From Candidatus Bathyarchaeota archaeon (GTDB lineage: Archaea; Thermoproteota; Bathyarchaeia; 40CM-2-53-6; RBG-13-38-9), in the NCBI GenBank assembly GCA_963807605.1, contig CAWECG010000003.1:103243-167242 (forward strand): a stretch of 64,000 bases of DNA, in the 5' to 3' direction. Positions 45,085 through 53,181 of the stretch are shown here, one piece after another. Both the position numbers and the translations under genes were made by a program. Numbering within the stretch: the first letter of the stretch is position 1; every line of letters begins with the position of its first letter. Below the pieces are notes generated by a model that searched no databases, was not told the DNA's origin, and worked only from the letters and a program-made list of their open reading frames with translations.

Positions 45085-46086
45085 CTACCTCTTGATTTCA
45101 AAGCTGAATCTTCTGATCACAATTCGACCTGCGAGGTTCATGAGGAAAGTAATTAGGATTAGGATCAACCCCAGTTCGAAAAGCGAGGCTAAATAAATGT
45201 TATTTCCCGCCACTTCAGTAAATTCATTGGCTATGACGCTCGGAATCGTGTATGCTGGCAGGAAGAGAGACGGCGATATTCTGGGAACGTTACCGATGAC
45301 CATTGTAACTGCCATTGTCTCACCAATAGCTCGTCCCATTGCGAGCACTATCGCAGCCACGATTCCTGATCGAGCAAAGGGCAGCACACTTGTCCGAATA
45401 GTCTCCCAGTTGGTTCCGCCGAGCGCGAGTGCAGCTTCTCTTTGGCTATGTGGGACCGCAGCTATGACTTCGCGCATGACCGATGATCCGTAAGGAATTA
45501 TCATAATCGCGAGAATTGTTCCTGCGGTTAGCATGCCAAGGCCGGAGGTTGGTCCTGTGAAGAATGGAAGAAAGCCAAGATTTCTTCCTAGTTGGGGGTC
45601 TATGTAGTCACGCATGAAGGGTACAAGAACCAGGAGACCCCAGAGTCCATATACAACGCTGGGCACAGCTGCAAGCAACTCCACGATGAGAACAGAAGGA
45701 AGCTGTAAGCGCCGAGGGGTCGGTGGCTCAGACTGAAACAAAGCCACGCCGAGACTGATGGGAACTGCAAGCATCAACGCGATCACTGTTGTTACGATTG
45801 ACCCGTAGATTGCTGGTAGAGCGCCAAGCGACGGAGGTCCTCCGCTGGCAGGATTGGGTGTCCAATCTGTTCCAACTACGAATTGTAATCCGAACGCTCG
45901 AAACGCATCTAAGCTTCCGCTTGTAAGCGCATAAATTACAAATACTCCAATGAGGGGAACTGAAAATGCTGTCACCATAACTAGTAGACGGAAAAAATCT
46001 GGGAAATGAATGGTCGACTTGGAGCGTTGCTTTGCCTGGGGCGTTGTGGAAGAAATCGTTGTCAAGAGCGCGCCAGCTTCTTGCAT
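45085..46086 (-). CDS. pstC: phosphate ABC transporter permease PstC
   Basis: BPD permease with REAALALGGTNWETI, typical of PstC. Confidence 0.9.
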   Translation of the reverse strand: MQEAGALLTTISSTTPQAKQRSKSTIHFPDFFRLLVMVTAFSVPLIGVFVIYALTSGSLDAFRAFGLQFVVGTDWTPNPASGGPPSLGALPAIYGSIVTTVIALMLAVPISLGVALFQSEPPTPRRLQLPSVLIVELLAAVPSVVYGLWGLLVLVPFMRDYIDPQLGRNLGFLPFFTGPTSGLGMLTAGTILAIMIIPYGSSVMREVIAAVPHSQREAALALGGTNWETIRTSVLPFARSGIVAAIVLAMGRAIGETMAVTMVIGNVPRISPSLFLPAYTIPSVIANEFTEVAGNNIYLASLFELGLILILITFLMNLAGRIVIRRFSFEIKR

Positions 46087-46105
46087 ATTGGGTTTTCTAT
46101 AGCTT

Positions 46106-46480
46106 TTATTCTTCTCTGATTATGTATGGGCAGATGTGTGGGTGGCAGTCTCTCTTCTTTGTCCTGCAGAATCCGTCTTTGCTGTGTCTGCATATCTGCT
46201 TGAGCTTGGTGAAAGTCGATGTGACAAGGCTCGTGTAGCGTCCTTTTAGGGTGAGGTTAATATGTTGTGTAAGTTTTGGAGTTAAACAGTAGCTGTATTC
46301 TGGTCTACCACGCCTATTTTCGGCTTTTTCTGATCTTTGAACTAGGCCCTCATCCATCAAGTCTTTCCGGTAACGCTTCAACGTATTATGAGAGAGCCCA
46401 CCTTTGGCCAGGATCTCCTTGAAAGTCTTTGATGAGTCATCTTTCAAGGAGTCTAGAATAAGCTGATCAAAGGAGTCCAT
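46106..46480 (-). CDS. winged-helix transcription regulator with a C-terminal Cys4 cluster, embedded in the pst operon
   Basis: wHTH: FKEILAKGGLSHNTLKRYRKDLMDEGLVQR. C-terminus: C-x8-C-x6-C-x4-C (CRHSKDGFCRTKKRDCHPHIC). I use ATG 46480 rather than the track start at 46537. Confidence 0.6.
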   Translation of the reverse strand: MDSFDQLILDSLKDDSSKTFKEILAKGGLSHNTLKRYRKDLMDEGLVQRSEKAENRRGRPEYSYCLTPKLTQHINLTLKGRYTSLVTSTFTKLKQICRHSKDGFCRTKKRDCHPHICPYIIREE

Positions 46481-46544
46481 ACCATTAAGATATGAAAACA
46501 TGGATATTAAAAAAACCGTTTTTAGCCATTTTAGCAAGAGGCTT

Positions 46545-46550
46545 GCGCGC
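46545..46550. repeat. GCGCGC element
   Basis: Lies 3 nt past the pstS stop (46554-46556). Confidence 0.8.
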
Positions 46551-46553
46551 TCT

Positions 46554-47789
46554 CTACCCCGTTATCAACTGGGCGCCGTTGAAGGTCAGTGAGAGTAGTA
46601 GCTTTTCGTCAGCTGCCACTATATTTGCTGGTAGAGGAACGTAGATCAGAGCAGGCGCATACTGTTGGCCGTCGTGTATTGCCCACCAGAAGAATTTTGC
46701 TAAAGCTTGTGCCTTCACGTTGTTCATGCTTGGATTCGTGGACATCTCGTGGTAAAACAGAAGATAAGTATAAGTCGCAATTGGATATGATTCAGCGCCC
46801 TGTGCGTTGACTATGTGTAGGCGAAGGTCGCTCCAGTTGGGGGTTCCTGTGGCATTTTCTGCTGCATATGCAATTGTCTGCAATGTTGGGACAACGAAGT
46901 TTTCTGCAGCGTTTTTTACGGCCCCTACTCCCAGGTTTTGGCTGACCGCATAAATGACATCGACGTATCCTATCGCTCCAGGGATGTTCGATACGGCTCC
47001 TGCTACTCCTGCATTACCCTTGGCCCCGACACCATTCGCTGTCTTGTCAACTGGCCATGTCACTGAAGTGCTTCTGCCTACTATCTGTTTCCAATCGGGA
47101 TTTACCGTTGAAAGGAAGTCTGTGAAAGCATAAGTTGTCCCGCTACCGTCAGACCTATGCACTGCGGTTATTGTTGCGTCAGGCAGCTTCAGACCTGGAT
47201 TGACCTGTTGAAGTGTAGGCGCGTCCCACTTAGTAATTCGACCTCGGTAGATGTCCGCAAGTATGGCCCCTGTGAAATTGATGTGTATGCTATTTGACAC
47301 GCCGCTAGGCACTAGGTTGTACGTTATTGCTACGCCACCTAGCGTTTCAGGCATTAAGACTATGCCTGTGGCATTAGCTAGCTGAGTGTCGGACAGGGGT
47401 GCGTCCGATGCTCCGAAGTCTACCGTCTTCTTAGTAATTTGCTGTATTCCTCCGCCGCTCCCGATAGGGTTGTAGTTTATTTTTACTGATGGGTTGAGTG
47501 TGTTGTACTGCACTGTCCAATTTTGGATGAGTGGTGCTGGAAATGTGGCTCCGGCACCTTGCAACATGACAGATTGATTCCCTCCTGACGAGGTCGATGG
47601 TGTAGACATAGTGTTCGTAGGCACAGTGCTCGTAAACGTTGTTGTCGGAGACTCGGTACTGGTCTGCATACCGGGTTTGTACTGATATTCAAATGCGCCT
47701 GCGATTATCGCAACTGCTACAATAACGATAACTGCAAGCCGAGTAAGATTTCGCTTTGTCAGATTTCCCTTTGTCTCTTTGTTTGACAA
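46554..47789 (-). CDS. pstS: phosphate-binding protein PstS (membrane-anchored, Thr/Ser-rich linker)
   Basis: GAGATFPAPL, GSGGGI, RSDGSGTT and GYV motifs of PBP-2 PstS. Has an N-terminal TM helix and a TSTESPTTTFTSTVPTNTMSTPSTSS linker. TTG start. Confidence 0.9.
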   Translation of the reverse strand: MSNKETKGNLTKRNLTRLAVIVIVAVAIIAGAFEYQYKPGMQTSTESPTTTFTSTVPTNTMSTPSTSSGGNQSVMLQGAGATFPAPLIQNWTVQYNTLNPSVKINYNPIGSGGGIQQITKKTVDFGASDAPLSDTQLANATGIVLMPETLGGVAITYNLVPSGVSNSIHINFTGAILADIYRGRITKWDAPTLQQVNPGLKLPDATITAVHRSDGSGTTYAFTDFLSTVNPDWKQIVGRSTSVTWPVDKTANGVGAKGNAGVAGAVSNIPGAIGYVDVIYAVSQNLGVGAVKNAAENFVVPTLQTIAYAAENATGTPNWSDLRLHIVNAQGAESYPIATYTYLLFYHEMSTNPSMNNVKAQALAKFFWWAIHDGQQYAPALIYVPLPANIVAADEKLLLSLTFNGAQLITG

Positions 47790-47947
47790 ATTCTTTCATC
47801 TCAACAATTCTAATGAGCGCCACTATTTGTTCAGATCTATTTGTATAGATCTCACAGAATCTATATGCCTCAAATGTAGATATATGATCTATATGCAATA
47901 AGTTGAACTAGAATTCATTTCCCCAAGAAGGGTAACGGTTAACCTTT

Positions 47948-48776
47948 ATGACAAGCCAACTCACTTTTGTAGAGGAGAGCGAAAGCAATCTGGACAGCGC
48001 GGTCACACTCGACAGTCTGAAATCAAAATTGTCGGTTGAGGGGCTAACAGCAGGCTTTGGAAGGAAGACTGCAGTGGAGGGTGTCACGATCGCCTTCAAC
48101 GAGAATCTTGTTACAGCCATAATCGGCCCTTCTGGATGTGGAAAGTCAACACTAATTCGCTGTTTAAATAGGATGCAGGAGGTAACGCCCGGCGCTTGGG
48201 TTAAAGGTCGAGTGCTGCTGGATGGTGAGGATGTTTACGCTGACAACGTAGATCCAGTTAGCGTGCGTCGAAGAATCGGGATGGTTTTTCAGCGACCCAA
48301 TCCATTCCCTACAATGTCAATCTACGACAATGTCGCGGTGGGGCTAAGACTTAATGGAGTAAGAGACCGCAAATTGATCTCTGAGAAGGTTGAGGAGAAC
48401 CTCAAGAAGGCCTTTCTGTGGGACGAGATTGGAGACCAACTCCACGAATCTGGAGCAAGCATTTCGGGCGGTCAGCAACAGAGACTATGTATCGCACGGG
48501 CTCTCAGCGATCGAACCTGAGGTAATACTGATGGACGAGCCGTGCTCATCACTAGATCCAGTGGCCACTGCAAAGATTGAAGAACTTATCATAAAACTGA
48601 AGGAGAATTACACAATAATCACCGTCACTCATAACATGCAGCAGGCCGCCAGAATATCAGATTTGACAGGTCTCATGTACTTGGGAAGATTAATCGAGTA
48701 TGGGTCGACTCGGCAGATATTCTCGAAACCAAGCAACGAGCTTACCGAGCGATACATCAGCGGAAAGTTCGGGTGA
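47948..48776 (+). pseudogene. pstB: phosphate ABC transporter ATPase PstB, interrupted by a 1-nt frameshift near 48506 (or an assembly error)
   Basis: Track ORFs 47948..48520 (Walker [10 protein letters not shown], signature [14 protein letters not shown]) and 48390..48776 ([18 protein letters not shown]-loop VTHNM) are two halves of one PstB. Removing one base at about 48506 restores ARALAIEPEV. Confidence 0.85.
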
Positions 48777-48779
48777 TAA

Positions 48780-49409
48780 GTGTTACCGCGATTAATGGAT
48801 ATGGGATTGGATAGGCTCTCCAACGCAATAACAGACATGGCCAACCTCGCGGAAGAGTCTGTAGTCAAGGCGATTCAAGCCTATGCCAGTGGCGAGGGCG
48901 TACGTGAGGAGGCGTATAACCGTGCCAACCAGCTTTCCTTACTAGGTTCTGAGGTGGAAGATTTGGCTGTCGAACTTCTAGCCCGGTATCAGCCTGTTTC
49001 CATGGATCTACGGTTCGTAAAATCCTGCTTGGAGATCGCTTACGGTTTCTCCAGGTTCGGCCGATACGCCTACGACATCGCCCAAGTACTCACATTGTAT
49101 GGGGACCTTTCCGAGTGCGACAAATCCTTCCTGAAAGACCTAAGTGACAAAGTCATCAGCATGATCAAAACAAGCATCAGGTCATTTAATTCAAGAGATG
49201 AAAAGTTGGCACGATCCCTTCGGAACGCCGATGATGAGGTGGATAGAACATATCTCCAATATATGAAAGCCCTTTCCGATTCAAATTCGATCTCTCTGAA
49301 ATGCGCTGTGGCATCTACGCTAGTGTTGAGATACCTTGAGCGAATCGCTGACCATGCATGTTATATTGGCGATTCAGTGATATACATTACAACTGGCAGT
49401 AAGGCGTGA
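48780..49409 (+). CDS. phoU: phosphate signalling/transport accessory protein PhoU
   Basis: Two PhoU repeats with E/D-x-x-x-D motifs (DDEVDRTY, ERIADHACYIGD). GTG start; an alternative ATG is at 48795. Confidence 0.85.
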   Translation: MLPRLMDMGLDRLSNAITDMANLAEESVVKAIQAYASGEGVREEAYNRANQLSLLGSEVEDLAVELLARYQPVSMDLRFVKSCLEIAYGFSRFGRYAYDIAQVLTLYGDLSECDKSFLKDLSDKVISMIKTSIRSFNSRDEKLARSLRNADDEVDRTYLQYMKALSDSNSISLKCAVASTLVLRYLERIADHACYIGDSVIYITTGSKA

Positions 49410-49799
49410 TTTCGCAGAGAAAGGGCAGCGCATGCCGACGTAAGATGCGCACATGTTATGTTCTCTATATGCTGCGAATTGCCGCTAAAGGAAAAACTAG
49501 CCCACTGTGAATCGTACACAGACGCGTAGCACTCCTTGCGCATGTACCGACCTCAAATAGACTAATCACACATCCAGTCACCAGCAGGATCACGGTAATC
49601 CGGAGAACAACATCCAGACCACCAACGAAGGCAGTGCGCAGCGAAACGCATACTCAAAGTAGTTATGGGTCCTAGTTAAGTGGGGTCGAACAACAAGGGC
49701 GCTTCGGTTCTAGCGCCCGCTAATGTCAATTATGACCCAGTCAGATGCATGCTGTCTGATTAGCGTTCTTTGAGGCAAGCGAATCAAAGTCGCTAGGCT

Positions 49800-50843
49800 C
49801 TAGGGAGGTTCATCGACGGTCAAGTTCAATACTACCTCAGCAACATCGGTCCCGTACTCTCCCACGCGTCTCAAACTTTCGAGTATTAATCGTAAAGCCG
49901 ACACATCGATTGGCTCAACCTTCTGTTTGTTGACTTCAAGTATAGCCTCACGTTCTAATGCTTCAACCTGGTTCATCCTTTTCAAAACATCTTCCGCTGA
50001 GTTGTAGTCACGCTTATAGAGCGCTGTCATTGAATCTTCAAAGATCTTGAAAGTAAACTCACTCATTTTAGTGATCTTCTCGATCAGTCTTGGCGTAGGA
50101 GTCTGTTTCAACGTCCGAACGTTTTCAGCTATCAGGACTGCATGGTCTGCGCTCCTTTCAACACTCTTTGTGACTAGTCGGTATCCAATGATGTCCCTTC
50201 CTGAGCCGAGTCCAACCTGTTGAATGGCTGATCTGTTTTGTACCGCGGTCTTAAGCTGTCGGACAATGTAAAAGCCGAATCTGTCCACTTCATCATCCAT
50301 TTTTAGTACTTCGTCGGCCAGAGCAGGTTTGTTTTCCACCAGAGCTGATATGGCGTCCCTGAGCATAGAGAGTGCAATTATAACCATTCTTCGTAACGCA
50401 TTTTCGACAGAGAGTTCTGGATAGCTTATAAGAACTTGAAGAGCTATCTCGTTGGGCGACTCAGTCACCACCTCTGTGCCAACCAACTTCTTTCTAACAA
50501 AATCCCTTGCATAATCCGACTGGGCTGTATCAAACCTTGCCCGAATTGCTTTCAATCTGATAAAATTGAAACCTGTAAGGTAAAGAGATACTATTCTTCG
50601 GGCAAGGGACACCGGACTCATGTTATCCGGAACAACGATTATCGTCTCCTCCGGTTTTATCTTCTTGAGCTTTGTTCTAGCGGTTATGCGGAGCGAACCG
50701 TCATCTTCAGTCGAGAAGACAACCTGTTCTCCACGGTCGAGATGTCGTTCCTTAACCCAATTCTTCGGAAGCGAGACTATGTACGAACCTCGGCCTGTAA
50801 CTTGAATTCTTCTTACGTCTCCGGGTTTCTCATCTGCGTTCAC
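49800..50843 (-). CDS. AbrB/SpoVT-domain + tandem PhoU-domain phosphate-uptake regulator
   Basis: N-terminal swapped-hairpin motif RIQVTGRGSYIVSLPKNWVKERHLDRGEQVVFS, then two PhoU repeats (DDEVDRFGF, ERSADHAVLIAE, GEYGTDVAE). Confidence 0.8.
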   Translation of the reverse strand: MNADEKPGDVRRIQVTGRGSYIVSLPKNWVKERHLDRGEQVVFSTEDDGSLRITARTKLKKIKPEETIIVVPDNMSPVSLARRIVSLYLTGFNFIRLKAIRARFDTAQSDYARDFVRKKLVGTEVVTESPNEIALQVLISYPELSVENALRRMVIIALSMLRDAISALVENKPALADEVLKMDDEVDRFGFYIVRQLKTAVQNRSAIQQVGLGSGRDIIGYRLVTKSVERSADHAVLIAENVRTLKQTPTPRLIEKITKMSEFTFKIFEDSMTALYKRDYNSAEDVLKRMNQVEALEREAILEVNKQKVEPIDVSALRLILESLRRVGEYGTDVAEVVLNLTVDEPP

Positions 50844-51358
50844 AATTAGTTACCTTCATTTCTTGTCGGTGTTGATTCTGTCTTACACACATCTAGCATG
50901 AGTTACAGTACCGACGTTGCGATCGGTCGCATATCAATGTGACGTATATAGATATCGTACCATTCACATGTATCATTTACAAGTAACATATCAGGGAACG
51001 AATTAGTTGGAAACAACGTAAAGTTACAATGGAACAGAATAAAGAGAAGAATCCGGCACATGGAGATAGACAAGAATCTTGGCGTGTGAGAATTTCTTCA
51101 ACTGTTCTTGACATTGACTTTCCTTGGCAAGAGTAGACAGATCGCTGCAGTTGTGACTGCAAGACGGATGTTGCAGCATACCTTTCTCCAGTCCCCAGTG
51201 ATCCTCGGCAGTCCAAGAATAATGGAGCCCAGACTCCACCGCCACTTTCCAAACCTGAAAAGCATCCCCAATGTGTGCTTATTGATTCCTTGGAAACATG
51301 ATCTCCGATAACAGCGAAAAGTAAGTATGTAACCACACTGTAGATTGGTTAGATCGTT

Positions 51359-51547
51359 ATGTGCGAGTTTCAAGTCTATCTAGGCTCCGAGAAGGTTTTC
51401 GAAGGAGCAGTCTACGCAAATGCATCTGGAAGTCAGGTATCTGTCAAAGACATCCTAGGAATATCGAAGAAGATTGAGAACGCCAAGATAGTAGAGGTCG
51501 ACGTCACATCTGAGAGGCTCATCTTATCCGCTCTCGCAAACCCCTGA
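51359..51547 (+). CDS. CooT-family small protein (putative nickel-binding / RNA-binding fold)
   Basis: 62 aa starting MCEFQVYL, with the pattern ...V.V.DILG..K.I....I.EVD..S.R.IL typical of CooT. Confidence 0.6.
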   Translation: MCEFQVYLGSEKVFEGAVYANASGSQVSVKDILGISKKIENAKIVEVDVTSERLILSALANP

Positions 51548-51768
51548 ATGTCAAGAAATAATCAACTTTGACCATTCTGATTTTGCTGAGAGAACCTTTA
51601 GCTCAAGTAGGAGTCATCTAGATGTTTCGAGAAGATGTGACTGCCCCGCATGAACTAAGTCCTGGCGGTGCTTTTAGTCACCCTTATATATGATGGGGAA
51701 AAATCTTCAGCAAACTTGTCACCGTGTAGTATGGGGTCGCATTGTTGAGTGAGCTTAAGACGGCTAAG

Positions 51769-51930
51769 ATGCCAGATTGCAACTGGTGTGGCAGAATAAT
51801 ACTTCCAGGTGAAGCAGCTGTAAAGTTCTCATGTCCCAGCTGCGGTGATGTCATGATCTGGCGCTGCGAAAAATGCAGATTGTTCGGTAGAGACTACAAG
51901 TGTCCTAAGTGCGGATCAATCGGACCCTGA
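51769..51930 (+). CDS. zinc-ribbon protein (COG2888-type) upstream of aEF-1beta
   Basis: Four CxxC pairs (CNWCG, CPSCG, CEKCR, CPKCG). Conserved archaeal neighbour of ef1b. ATG 51769 is internal to the track ORF. Confidence 0.6.
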   Translation: MPDCNWCGRIILPGEAAVKFSCPSCGDVMIWRCEKCRLFGRDYKCPKCGSIGP

Positions 51931-51941
51931 GAGGCATCAAC

Positions 51942-52211
51942 ATGGCCAAGGTATTAGCCGCAATCAAGATATTCCCTTCAAACCCATCAGATGACCTTTC
52001 ACAATTAAAGGCTCAGATAGAGAAGAATCTCCCAAAGGACGTCTCGATTCTAAAATATCAAGAGGAGCCCATAGCCTTCGGGCTTGTTGCGCTGATAGCT
52101 AATGTGCTGATGCCGGAAGAGGTCAGCGGCAAGATGGATGAGGTGGAAGAGCGTCTAAAATCGACTGAAGGCGTCAGCGAGATACAGGTAATGTCGGTTA
52201 CTCGAACCTAA
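51942..52211 (+). CDS. ef1b: translation elongation factor aEF-1 beta
   Basis: MAKVLAAIKIFPSNPSDDL...EEPIAFGLVAL...VSEIQVMSVTR is the canonical 89-aa aEF1-beta. ATG 51942 is internal to the track ORF. Confidence 0.85.
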   Translation: MAKVLAAIKIFPSNPSDDLSQLKAQIEKNLPKDVSILKYQEEPIAFGLVALIANVLMPEEVSGKMDEVEERLKSTEGVSEIQVMSVTRT

Positions 52212-52309
52212 AGTGCAACCTTCGGCCCTATTTCAAAACCTCATTCTGTTACTTTAAGTAACACTTATAAGCTCATAGAGCAGTTACTGGAAGCGACAGG
52301 CAGTTTATC

Positions 52310-53044
52310 ATGTACATGGAACTTGGACCGAGCGCTCGGAGAGCTGACCCTGAGCTCGTAAGCAGCTACCAAGCCTTCCAAGAATGGTTTGAGAACTCAG
52401 TCCAAGAATCAGAGCTGCGGAGATTCCAGAAGTATAATGCCATCAAGAAATTACTGAATTCCGGACTCGATGAAGTCTACGTGAACCCGCCGGTCATATT
52501 CCTTCCAGACAGTCTGGAGAGGCGCATAGATGCCTGCGGTTTCGGTGATGACAAGTTCACGACGGTTCTTTGCGAGGCGGGAGTTGGCAAGGATGCGTTC
52601 TTCGAACTCTTGGAACTTCTGGGCGAATCAACGAATGTTGAGTCAGTATGGGTGTACCCTCTCTTCGACAGCAAGCGTGGAGCCTATAGGAAGTCCCTCC
52701 AATCGCAGTCGAGAGGGAAGTTGATGATAGAAATGGGCACACTTGAGCATCTTGAGGATTTCTTGGAGGGCGCTCTTGAGATACTTGATCTTTTTGAGAG
52801 TGAAGCCAGAAGGACAATGCTTTTGGCAATGTTGGACAGTCCAAGAGACAAGAGATTCTTCAGGGAGCTTGTTAATCCAAAGTTACTTTATGAGAACCTT
52901 GCCACTCTTCAGAGGATTCGTCTTGTAGAGGAGGTTTCCGTTGGTTTCTATGGCCTAAGCCGGCACGGAGAGAATCTCATGCGAGAGTATCTTCTCTTCT
53001 TGGACAGGATAAGAAGAGTGATGAAAGAACAGGAGGAGATTTGA
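52310..53044 (+). CDS. hypothetical protein with a C-terminal winged-helix-like domain
   Basis: The C-terminal EARRTMLLAMLDSPRDKRFFRELVNPKLLYENLATLQRIRLVEE is ArsR/wHTH-like. The N-terminal 170 aa are unassigned. Confidence 0.45.
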   Translation: MYMELGPSARRADPELVSSYQAFQEWFENSVQESELRRFQKYNAIKKLLNSGLDEVYVNPPVIFLPDSLERRIDACGFGDDKFTTVLCEAGVGKDAFFELLELLGESTNVESVWVYPLFDSKRGAYRKSLQSQSRGKLMIEMGTLEHLEDFLEGALEILDLFESEARRTMLLAMLDSPRDKRFFRELVNPKLLYENLATLQRIRLVEEVSVGFYGLSRHGENLMREYLLFLDRIRRVMKEQEEI

Positions 53045-53181
53045 GTCTATGTCTGTAAGCCTAGTCACTATCGTACATGGACTGAGGAATCGATTCAAAC
53101 TTATATTCGTTATCAGGGAGATATTTCCATTGACTATTGGAACCTCCAGCCCATCTCGATCTACAAGAGGATTGAACATAC

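Noticed and set aside
49697-49718. Hairpin GGGCGC-ttcggttcta-GCGCCC in the 390-bp spacer between phoU and the AbrB-PhoU gene.
   Set aside because: It is a single 6-bp stem with a 10-nt loop and no T-tract, with no other copies in the window. That is insufficient to call it a terminator or ncRNA.
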